Assembly (NCBI GenBank): GCA_002269645.1
Contig: NIVC01000363.1
Location: forward strand, 1-64,000
Length of the DNA stretch: 64,000 bases
Source of the DNA: Macrostomum lignano
Taxonomy: Eukaryota
Reading direction: 5' to 3'
Notes under the pieces: model-generated
Database searches by the model: none
What the model saw: the letters and a program-made list of their open reading frames with translations, nothing else
Told to the model about the DNA's origin: nothing
Made by a program: the position numbers and the translations under genes
Part shown: positions 26,183 through 36,339 of the stretch, one piece after another
How positions within the stretch are numbered: the first letter of the stretch is position 1
Layout of the letters: every line of letters starts with the position of its first letter

Positions 26183-26726
26183 ACTGCTTCAGCTCAAATT
26201 TTTTCAACGGAGCCGTGGCTGTGGTGCCCTTTCAGACAAAGTAAGTGTGCAAGCAGTAATGTTTTACAAACACATAAATCTGCCTTATTTTTATGGTTCG
26301 GCCATTTTAGTGTCAAAATCGCAGTCAAGGGCCGAGCCGCACAGCAATATATCAGAGTGGTGTCTGTCTGCCCCAGAGTCCAGTGCAGCAAGGATCTGTT
26401 CTGCAACAAAGGATTTTGTTACGCTTCAGTCGCACCCGATAGCATTCGAAATCCTCAACTTCTGCTACCGGCTACATTTAAAAGTGTAGAAGATTTTCAA
26501 GAACTCGAATGTAAGTCAAATAGTTCGATAATTTTTATTTTTGGTCGATTTTATAACCAGCCAATCACATTTCGCAACCTATAATTACAGCGGGTCTGCG
26601 TCATTCCCATTGCCAAGAATCATTCCGGGAAACTTTTCCTGCAATGGTGGATGCTTTTTTCAACAGTAAGGATGGAAAAGTCTACGATTCGAGTGGATCA
26701 TTGCTATCGGGACTTGAAAGAAGGCT
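26183..26726 (+). CDS. Three candidate exons (26183-26240, 26356-26510, 26591-26726) of an unidentified Cys-containing protein
   Basis: Three GTAAGT donors (26241, 26511, 26727), each paired with a YAG acceptor. The phases join into one open frame ...CFSSNFFNGAVAVVPFQTKVVSVCPRVQCSKDLFCNKGFCYASVAPDSIRNPQLLLPATFKSVEDFQELESGLRHSHCQESFRETFPAMVDAFFNSKDGKVYDSSGSLLSGLERR. Confidence 0.55.
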
Positions 26727-26791
26727 GTAAGTGTTTAAATATTTCTGTTTTGTTCTGTTAAACTGTAGCCTGTGAGATAAAACTTAATCGA

Positions 26792-27190
26792 TTGAGTAGC
26801 TTGAGTAGCTTGAGTAGCTTGAGAAGCTTGAGTAGCTTGAGTAGCTTGAATAGCTTGAGTAGCTTGAGTAGCTTGAGTAGCTTGAGTAGCTTGAATAGCT
26901 TGAGTAGCTTGAGTAGCTTGAATAGCTTGAGTAGCTTGAGTAGCTTGAGTAGCTTGAGTAGCTTGAGTAGCTTGAATAGCTTGAGTAGCTTGAGTAGCTT
27001 GAGTAGCTTGAGTAGCTTGAGAAGCTTGAGTAGCTTGAGTAGCTTGAGTAGCTTGAGAAGCTTGAGTAGCTTGAGAAGCTTGAGTAGCTTGAGAAGCTTG
27101 AGTAGCTTGAGTAGCTTGAGTAGCTTGAGTAGCTTGAGTAGCTTAAGTAGCTTGAGAAGCTAGAGTGGCTTGAGTAGCTCGATTAAGTAG
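26792..27190. repeat. 9-bp tandem repeat TTGAGTAGC
   Basis: Directly visible. Confidence 0.95.
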
Positions 27191-28128
27191 CTAAGGATTA
27201 CCCATTGCAGACGCAAGCGGGCTGACAGGCCCTGTATGGCTGGTCAGCTGTGTCAGCTAAGTTTGGCGATCTCAATCAAAGCCGGAAAATCCATGTTCAT
27301 CTTGGTTCCAACTCGTAAGACTGACTCGCTGTTAGTGCAAATTTTGCCTCGTCCGGAAATTCCTACTGGTTTCAATGACAACCAGACAGCAGTTGCAACA
27401 ACTGTTGGCCCAGAAGAAAAGAAATTTGACAGTGAGGTTCGGAGAGTGTTCTGTGGTCTACTAGCGATCATATTACTAGGTGGTGGTGCTGTAATCAGTA
27501 GCATTTTTTCATCTTCTTTTATTGCAGTCAGTAGTATTCTTATCTTATTCATTTACATGGATAATTTCTTCAGTATTAATTGTTCTGTTTTAAGAGTTAA
27601 AAAGAAGCATTTCTACCTGCTTCGGGCTTGATTGATTGCTTGTGATTGTGGACCTCGATCATTCGCTTTGTTGGTGCATTTTCATTTACTGGAAATTTAG
27701 TAAGACGTACAACGATCTATAAGTCATGAGCATAGTTAACTGTTAGTATTTTTTCCATTATTAAATTCCGTCTAATCTATTTTCAGAAAACAGTAATTGA
27801 TATTGTGTAATCTCCATAAACAAGATTTTTATACGCATTGGAAATATCATTCACTTTCTGAGTTTACGTATCTGAAATTATGAAATTATGCGTGAAATTA
27901 TGATTATATATAACTTTTAATATACTATATACTATATCCTCAATCATAAAATCCATTTCCATGCAATCGTTAACTTTTTAACTAGCTATCCAAGACCATA
28001 TCGCTCGTTTACTCGTATTTTTACATTGATATAATAAGTTAAATATAGTGTATCATAACAAATAAAGTATTTGTATTGATTACTTTATATTATACTGAAT
28101 GAAATGTATTGCGTAGCCATTTCTATTT

Positions 28129-28412
28129 TAAACACTGTTCGCTATTGTTAAAATTTATGCGTTGCTTATAGGTGTAAGTGTCAATTAATGATTTATTCTA
28201 ATTTAATAGGTAAATCCGTATATATTCCCAACCGATCTGCAGGGCAGAAATGTGAAAAGAAAGTTTTTAATCCTCGTTAGCACTTAGCAGCACATATTGG
28301 ACCATAGACAATAGGCCCGTTTGATACCTGCAGGGTGCAGAAGAAACGGTTAATCCTGTTAAGCCGATTGTTCAGCTCCAAGATCGGGAAAGATAGCTTT
28401 TAAGCAAATTGT
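28129..28412 (+). repeat. Dispersed repeat, copy 1 (diverged copy at 52968-53268)
   Basis: Shared core CAGCACATATTGGACCATAGACAAT...GTTTGATACCTGCAGGGTGCAGAAGAAACGGTTAATCCTGTTAAGCCGATTG...TTCAGCTCCAAGATCGGGAAAGATA. Confidence 0.9.
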
Positions 28413-29599
28413 CAGACTGGATAAGTAGAACTTAATGAACTTGGCAAATGTAATAATAATTATTGAACGACAAATTAGCAATATTTGGAAACTAACGCAA
28501 CAGAAAAATAATAATCAACCTTTAACAATAACAATTAATAAAACACAAATATAAACTCGGCCTCCTGTGTCATTACTAACACAGTATGTTAGAGCTAAGA
28601 TTTAGTTTGCTAAGCTAACTATAAGTACTTAGGAGCAGCGCTCAACCAAGACTTGACATTTGCTAATAACTAGCCATGAACTATCAGTTTAACAGGTACA
28701 CTGGGCCGATCTTACAAGTCAATTACTATCGGGAGCACACAGTCCGGGCTTACTGCGAGATCAATCTCGAGGGCAAAGAAAAACGGCGCGGAGATTCAAA
28801 TTGGTGCGCGCGGTATTTAAATACTCGCCGAATGAGTGCATTAAAACAACTGATGGGCCTCCTGGCACAAAATACGTTAACCTAGTCGTTATCGCATGTG
28901 CATGAACTTCCAGTGAATTAATGGCGCACGTTAGTAACTCCCTTTGATTCATTGATTTGTTAGTAATAAATATTCATAATCAATCAGTTTGCGTAATAAA
29001 CGACAACTTTCACAACTTAGCCCTGTCACACAATGACATTGTCATTGAAAGCTAAACTATACTAGAAATTGCACAGAAATTGCTCATTCTTTCGTTTAAA
29101 AAGGCCAATTTTCACAGTTTTATTATTTTCTAACGTTAAAATGCAGACTTTATTGAACAAAAATCAACCACTTCATCAGCAGAAACCATAATTTTTACAA
29201 CTTTATCGTCAAAAATGCTGTTTAATCATTCAAATGTTTGTATTTGGTACGTTTAATACCCCTCAAGAAGTGGGGAAGGGATTACTCTTAAATATTGGGT
29301 TAAAACACAGTTTGCTATAAAACTAGCTATAATAATTTTAACCCTAAAAAGAGGTAATTCTTACCTCTGCGTACATGTAGTATTGTTTCGAATTGTACAT
29401 GTAATCTTGGTACGCGCGCGCGGGGGGCGTCTGGGGATGATGCTGTACATGTAGAAATTGTCAGTAGATTAGTGTACATGTAGAAGTACATGTATATGTA
29501 CAGTATACATATAGAATTGGGGATAGAAATGTTCAGATACAATTTGGGATTAATGTGCATATGTGAGTACATGGATTAATGTACATGGAATTAATGTAC

Positions 29600-29641
<42 letters not shown>

Positions 29642-30540
29642 CTTAGGATAGCATTTTAATACACTACTTACTTCCATTTTTCAGAGAGTAGTATAATTTG
29701 CGTTTTTTGCGTCAAAATTCTGAAAATCGACGGTTAACTGCGCATTACGTAGTCCTTACTTATATCTGGCTAGTGACAAAATTAGGCTAAACTTGGACTC
29801 ATTTAGTGCCACTGAGCTTTACTTTAGATAGCCTAAGAATGATGCGCGCGTATGTGGCAGTGAAAATAAGACGCTTATAATCATTAAAGCAGAATTGTCT
29901 GAACGTTAATAATTTGCAAAACATTAACAAAGTAGACGATGCGGACAAAAATATTTTAGAGTAAAAACACATTCAATTAGATTTGTAGAATGAGAATGGC
30001 TTTATTGTTTTTAAAAAAGTTACTTCTTGCCACGCAAATTCATTACTTATTTTTTTCAAACTGTAATTGTCGAATTAGCGGAAATTTTTCGATATGACTT
30101 CGATGTCGAAAAATCGAAGCCTAGTCGATGGAAATTCGAAACCCGTAAAATAGCTTTAAAAGTTACTGTACTATATTTTTCACTGATTTTGAGCATAATC
30201 CAATCAGTTTAATGACAAATTAACGATTTTTCAATTTCGATGCAAATTCGAAATCATCCCCTCGATTCGAAGTCGATTCGACAGCTCACTTCACAGCGGG
30301 TTAGCGTATAAAAATTAACGAATAACTCAACTCAATTATCGGTTACGAGTATACACAATTAAATTCTGTCTCAAGACATTACTGCACTGTTACTCTTGTT
30401 TAACTGCAAGCTCCTTGGGCTTCACACCTTGAAAAGTATTCAATAATGAGTAAATAATGAGGCCGAAATGTTGTCTGCCAGAAGAGCCTCATCGGCGAGT
30501 CTATTATAGGATTCAAAGCTTGGCTAACATGATCGAGTTT

Positions 30541-31357
30541 TCATGGCCAAGGATTCGCTCGCTCCTTCCTGTCGTTGTTCCAATCAACTGACCAGTTGTT
30601 CGAATCTACGTAGGCCTTTGCGTGCCGCTCGACAAATCCTTCGCCAGCATTTTTCCTGCGTATCAGATCGTTGCGCATGTTTGGCAGCTCGTCGCCCAGA
30701 TGGGTGGCAACCTAGCGGATCATGGAAGACACAAGTTAGTGAACTTATTCGTCTCGGGTAATATGCTATACGACTATGCTATGCATATGCTATGCTATGC
30801 TCGTAATAATAATTGACACTTGACCCAAAGGGCCAGTGCAGGTGTGTCAAGCACACTAGCAGGCGGAGACAGCATACCTAATCCTCGGCTCTCTCGGACA
30901 CCGGTTGACAGCCGCGTGCCAGCTATGGAATTTATTTCGAACTATAGAACTCATACGTACATGTATCGGCAGCATCCAAACCCCACTGAATTGCCGCACA
31001 GAGCTGTTTTAATCCTACGCCAGCCGGCCGAATACGCTCGTATATCCAACAAAATGTCGGTACTCATTTGCAGCTAAGTAGAATGCGTGCACATTAGGGC
31101 AAAGCTGCTTGCCAAATGGTGCACGAATAGTTCTAGTCAAGTCGGAAGGCTGAGCTATCCACCTTTTAAATATACGAGTACTATGGTGAAGTCGAAGATT
31201 TAAGTGCCACACTCACCCATCTCTCGACCGGACTATTGCCATAATTTGTCTCGGCAATCTTCCTGTTTTCCTTGCTGCTGTCGGCGGTAACAGGTGAGAG
31301 CGCAATCATCATCATCAGCAGCAGCAGCAGCAGTGCCTGTGAGCGCAGCGGAGCCAT
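30541..31357 (-). CDS. Multi-exon gene for a small secreted protein; exon 1 31357-31217 is well supported, candidate last exon 30711-30541, internal exons unresolved
   Basis: ATG at 31357 gives MAPLRSQALLLLLLMMMIALSPVTA (signal peptide) DSSKENRKIAETNYGNSPVERW, then donor GG|GTGAGT. A CTAAT branch point and TACTTAG acceptor lie near 31075. Open terminal exon VATHLGDELPNMRNDLIRRK...ANPWP* follows a TAG acceptor. Confidence 0.55.
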
Positions 31358-32057
31358 GATAAAACAGATTTGGATTTATACGAATTTTTAAGTAAGTTTT
31401 CAGAAGTCTGGTCGGTAAAATCGCTTAGTTTTTTACCTCTGGTCAAAGCATACTAATATTTATAATCTTGTTTGGGCGGATAAAAATATCTATTTTCAAT
31501 GTCTGTAAACAGGCATGGTTCAAGGTTTATCTAGTTGATAAAATGGTGAAGTTCGAAGTTCGAAGTTCGAAAATCGTGCGTACAAACACTTTCTCACACT
31601 ATACATGTTGACTGTGTAAAAGCGTCTGGGGTCAAATATGAAACCTTGCCAAGCGCTCTAGTTACGAGCGCGTACTTGCCGTGCCATGCCGTGCCGTGCC
31701 ATACTTGCCATGCGCTCGTGTATGAGCCCGTCGCTCGAATTCACTACGAGGGTTGCTCAATAAGTTTCCGGAAAAACACAGTTCTTGGCATTCTTTTTAG
31801 GAGCTTTTTTAGGAAATGATCGGGGATTATGTTGAGACAGTATGCCTAAAATTTCAGCTCGCTGCATTTCCATGTTCACTCGCAAGAGCCCAGCTTACAG
31901 ATTCCACTTTACGCCAAGCCAGGGCGTAGCCAGGAGGGGGGTAAGGATGCCGTGCCCCCCTCAATCAGATGACCTGCACTCCCGAATTCCTCTTGGTACC
32001 CCCACAAATCCCCGTCGGCGCCCCCCCAAATCCCATGGCTAGGTTTTTATCACCTAC

Positions 32058-32074
32058 TTAGGGTTAGGGTTAGG
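32058..32074 (+). repeat. Short interstitial telomeric motif (TTAGGG)2 TTAGG
   Basis: TTAGGGTTAGGGTTAGG read directly. Confidence 0.6.
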
Positions 32075-32162
32075 ACAAGGATTACTGATCCGTCAGACCA
32101 GTCGGCCGCTGAGCACTTAAAATAAGGAAGGCTAAAAAGACAGTAGCTAAAAAGGGATTTGG

Positions 32163-32201
32163 TGCTCGACGCGTTTCGGTTTAAAACCTTCTTCAGGAGC
32201 A
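32163..32201 (-). ncRNA. Minimal type I hammerhead ribozyme (Penelope-pLTR/retrozyme type)
   Basis: Minus strand TGCTC-CTGAAGA-A-GGTT TTA AACC-GAAA-CGC-GTC^GAGCA: 5-bp stem I, CUGANGA and GAAA core, stem II, palindromic ACGCGT stem III, GUC cleavage triplet. Confidence 0.85.
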
Positions 32202-32362
32202 ATTAGTTAGTAAAGAGTCCTAAGTTGGATCAGGTATATTTAACTGAGAGGAGGTTACAGCCAATGGGAGCGCGCGAGGGGTACAGTGAGCGAATGGGAG
32301 CGCAGAGGAGAAAAAGATGGGCTCGGGAGTGGCTGAGGGAAAGGGTGGAAAGGGATCAGGAG

Positions 32363-32549
32363 CAGTGGCGCAACCAGGGGGGGGGGCGGGGGCGGTCGCC
32401 CCCCCCCCCTTAGGTGGGGGACCGAAAAAAAATCAAAGGGGGACCAAGCGAATTTTCGCCAAAAACAGAGCCACCCCTTCGCCGCCCCCCTCCCGGGACT
32501 TTACCCTCAGAATCCGCCCCCCCTCGAAAAATTTCTGGTTGCGCTACTG
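32363..32549. mobile_element. 187-bp hAT-type MITE
   Basis: TIR CAGTGGCGCAACCAG / CTGGTTGCGCTACTG (1 mismatch); 8-bp TSD ATCAGGAG at 32355-32362 and 32550-32557. Confidence 0.92.
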
Positions 32550-33520
32550 ATCAGGAGAGAGAAAGAATGGGAAAAATATGGGCGACGTGCCAGTGAGACT
32601 GGCGCAAAGGAGGTAGGGACTAGAGAGGGAAAGTCGGGGGGGGGTGGGAATTAGCGAGATTGAGAGGAAAAGCAGGGCGAGGATGGGCGCACGTGGTGTG
32701 CGGCGGAGAGAGGGAATTAGAGGGGCTGAAGGGTGTGCATTGGTGAGATAGGAGAGGGAGAGAGAGGGACTTAAGAATTGGAAAATGGAAACAATGAAAG
32801 TTGGGGTAGGGACTTAGAGGGACTAAAGTTTTGGAAAAATTAAGAATGGAAAATTTAGCCTAGGGCTTAAGGGACTTAAGGATTAGAAATTGAAGACAAA
32901 GGAAGTTGGGGTAGGGACTTTAGAGGGAATAAAGTATTTGGAAAAGTTAAAGAAAGGAGAAATGGGGTTAGGGTTAAAGGGACTAGAGGGATGGAAGAGT
33001 GGGACAATGAGAACAGAGAGAGGGGGGATTTATTAGTAAAAAAATGTGAAGTACATGTAGGCAATGAGCACAAAAATAGAGACTCTGTGAGCACAAAGCT
33101 GCATGCACGGGTGAGTGAAAATTAAAATTTACAGTTCGAGTTAATGAAAAAAATCAGATTGGTCAGCTTGGCGTAGTCAGGCGATCCGGTCGGAGGCGGA
33201 GTGGTGGAGCCGGCAATGTAGCGATGTTGGTGCCGGACGCTCCGGCCGAGGTGAGTCGGCGTAAAGGCGACGGGGGGGGGGTGGCGCGGGAGGAGAAGAG
33301 ATGCAGGGGGTGAAATGCAGAATGGGAGTGAGGGGGGAGACGGATATCGCATTATTTACAGGCATTGGCTGTACATGGGAGGTTTTGCGGGGATAGCGGA
33401 AACCGTACTGGGGAGGTTGCCGGTATCTTGGCTGGGGGGCATTTCGAAATGATGGGGAGGCCGGAGAGTAAGCAAAATTTTGGCCTGAGGGGCGTGGCCT
33501 CTTATCTCGACCCTGGCTTC

Positions 33521-35273
33521 TCAGTTTCCCGACTTCTGGGGGTCACGGGTGTTGCGGAACTTCAGCGGCTCATATCTGGGATTGGGGGGCTGACGTTCAT
33601 TCCTTCTTGGAGCATTGGAAGTTCTGGGGGGTTCGCGTCTTGGCGGTTGATTCATCAGCTGGGGCCTGTACTGCTGCTGAGGTTGCGGCCTGTACTGCTG
33701 CTTGGGTGGCTGCCTGTACAGCTGGGGGTTTGGCTGCCTGTACTGCTGAGGGGGTGGCTGCCTGTACAGCTGGGGGTTTGGCTGCCTGTACTGCTGAGGG
33801 GGTGGCTGCCTGTACAGCTGGGGGTTTGGCTGCCTGTACTGCTGAGGGGGTGGCTGCCTGTACTGCTGAGGTTGCGGCCTGTACTGCTGCTTGGGTGGCT
33901 GCCTGTACAGCTGGGGGTTTGGCTGCCTGTACTGCTGAGGGGGTGGCTGCCTGTACAGCTGGGGGTTTGGCTGCCTGTACTGCTGAGGGGGTGGCTGCCT
34001 GTACAGCTGGGGGTTTGGCTGCCTGTACTGCTGAGGGGGTGGCTGCCTGTACTGCTGAGGGGTGGCTGCCTGTACAGCTGGGGGTTTGGCTGCCTGTACT
34101 GCTGAGGGGTGGCTGCCTGTACTGCTGAGGGGGTGGCTGCCTGTACAGCTGGGGGTTTGGCTGCCTGTACTGTTGAGGGGGTGGCTGCCTGTACAGCTGG
34201 GGGTTTGGCTGCCTGTACTGTTCAGGGGGTGGCTGCCTGTACAGCTGGGGGTTTGGCTGCCTGTACTGCTGAGGGGGTGGCTGCCTGTACAGCTGGGGGT
34301 TTGGCTGCCTGTACTGCTGGGGGTTTGGCTGCCTGTACTGCTGAGGGGGTGGCTGCCTGTACAGCTGGGGGTTTGGCTGCCTGTACTGCTGAGGGTTGGC
34401 TGCCTGTACAGCTGGGGGTTTGGCTGCCTGTACTGCTGAGGGGTGGCTGCCTGTACAGCTGGGGGTTTGGCTGCCTGTACTGCTGAGGGGGTGGCTGCCT
34501 GTACTGCCTGTACGTCTCAGGAAACAACTGAGACGGCGGGGCGCATTGCGCTGTTTCGGCTAATTGCTTCTGTAGATTCTGGATGAGTCTCTCTTGGCGA
34601 TCAATCTTAGTCTGCTGGTCAATGATCAATTGATCGGTTCTGACCTTATGCTCCTCTTTCTCATCCTTTGTCACTCTGATTCCACCTTTGTGGGACATCT
34701 GGTAAGCAGCTTCAATTCTGCGCAGCATTCTGCGGGCGGCTTGGAGACTAGCCGGTTGGGCGAAAATCAGCTTCTCACGGGTATCGGGAGGGGTTCTTAC
34801 GCCTTTAATGAATTGTTCGACAAGTTTTTCTTCTCTTTGCTCAGCATCCATGTTCAGGAATGCGCGGGAGGCTAATTCAATCAGGGCATCGGCAAAACTA
34901 TCGGTGGACTCATTCCTACCTTGGCAACGATTTCGGAACTCTTCGCGGAATTCAGCGGAGCTTCCTACTTTTCCAAATCTCTCTATCAATCTTTCTTTAA
35001 ATTCTTCATAGGGGAGATTAGCTGGGAGGTTGAGGCGTTGGACTGCTGCAAACGCAGTGCTTAGATCTAAATTAGTCAGCAATTCCTGCTTTCGGTTTTC
35101 CTCATCTATTCCTTCATTCTCGCATCGCTGATCGAATGCGGTAAGCCAGACTCTGATATCTTGGCTGGGGAGGTATTTCTGTATCTTCACATGTCTAAGG
35201 GGACCTATAATTCTAAACGGTTGCGGAGCTCTTCAGCTAAGAGTCCTAGGGCTTCATTAATTCCTGCGGCCAT
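33521..35273 (-). pseudogene. gag: Degenerate Ty3/gypsy-type retrotransposon gag with an expanded 24-bp repeat region; no pol recognised
   Basis: Capsid-like segment (W..F..RC..., YEEFKERLIERF, FRNRCQGRNES...FADAL...F, EQFIKG). ATG at 35273 (MAAGINEALGLLAEELRNRLE) is frameshifted relative to ORF 35190-34222. After the repeats the frame ends ...PQKSGN* at 33521, typical of gypsy gag ends. Confidence 0.8.
33660..34510 (-). repeat. 24-bp coding minisatellite inside gag (~35 units; PPPQQYRQ / PNPQLYRQ)
   Basis: + strand units GCTGCCTGTACTGCTGAGGGGGTG and GCTGCCTGTACAGCTGGGGGTTTG; a few 23-bp units shift the frame. Confidence 0.92.
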
Positions 35274-35355
35274 TGTACTTGTACTTCAGGGATTGGGGAT
35301 GGGGATTAGAGTTTGGGTTGGTTTAAGTGCGCGTTTCACCAGATTCCAATCCTTT

Positions 35356-35483
35356 ACCGCTGCCGCCAATTTTGTTATAGGGCTGTTTATTATTAAGAAA
35401 ATCCCACCGCTGTTACCAAATTTGTCGTAGGGTTAACTTCTGCCTGTGTTTTTTTATCACAACGCTGCTACCAAATTCGTTAT
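35356..35483 (-). promoter_or_regulatory. Triplicated primer-binding-site-like motif (tRNA-Leu-like) upstream of gag
   Basis: + strand ACCGCTGCCGCCA (35356), ATCCCACCGCTGTTACCA (35401), ACGCTGCTACCA (35462), each followed by AATT(T/C)GT. The middle copy resembles the tRNA-Leu 3' end AATCCCACCGCTGCCACCA. Confidence 0.55.
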
Positions 35484-35940
35484 GAGAGGGGGTTGGGGTT
35501 TTCGGGAGTTTCTTAGAATTCGGGGAGAACTTCGCAATTTATACTACTAACAGGAGTAAGCCGTAGGTTGCTCCTGGTGGCGTGGTGTGTCCGAGCGGCA
35601 AGACACAGTTTCCTATTCAGTCCGGGAAATATAGATGGGAGGGGGAATCAAGGGCTTCGCGATGGATCAGAGTTGCCTGGGAAAGCACACTAATGGGGAA
35701 TTTCTAAACACTTATAGGGAATGCTGGCATAAGTAGACTGACCGTCTAATACAGCAGTAGATAAGAAGGCAATCTGCCTAATGAATGTGGGAAATTTCTA
35801 CAAGGAAGGATTGGGAGCGGGGGTGCCGGGGGCAGACTGTACGTCTGAGGAATAAGGCTCTGTACACCTGAGCAGACAGACTGTCCACTAAAAGGGGGAA
35901 GGGCAGAAGCGGCGGGCGCCAGTTTCAGAGCATATTCCCA

Positions 35941-36006
35941 GGCTAGCCAGACAATCCACTACACAAAAAATACGTGGCTAGCCAGGTGGCTCCACCGTGG
36001 GTCCAC
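35941..36006 (+). repeat. ~65-bp element with an inverted copy at 51710-51775
   Basis: GGCTAGCCAGACAATCCACTA(C/A)ACAAAAAATACGTGGCTAGCCAGGTGGCTCCACCGTGG is shared in opposite orientation. Confidence 0.85.
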
Positions 36007-36339
36007 CTTGGCTAGCCCTTGCACCCGTGGACTCGGGGAATCAAATGAGTGAGTCAGACAGTTTCCCACGCTAAAAATAGCTTGTTGACGGGACCCAGCC
36101 AGGCGGCTGTGGAAAAGCAGACGCCAGAACTTGACTCGTATTGGTTGGCAAGATACATGGCACTAATTCAAAAAAAGAAAAAAAAATTTTTTGGCGCCAT
36201 CGCGTGAGAACTAAATGCATTGACCTTGCCAGGGCGCTAAAATGGGCGCCCAAAGGCTGAAATTGGCGCCGGTATATTAAAATCGGCGCCAAAAAGTAGC
36301 AAGCTGATATATGCTGCCACTTCTACGCCCGTTGGCAAA

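Noticed and set aside
26792-27163. Poly-LSS ORF as a continuation of the 26183-26726 exons
   Set aside because: Exon 3 ends in phase 2; splicing to the TAG acceptor at 26768 gives an immediate stop, out of frame with LSS.
33365-35011. Plus-strand ORFs (246, 173, 125 aa etc.)
   Set aside because: Antisense translations of gag and its 24-bp repeat.
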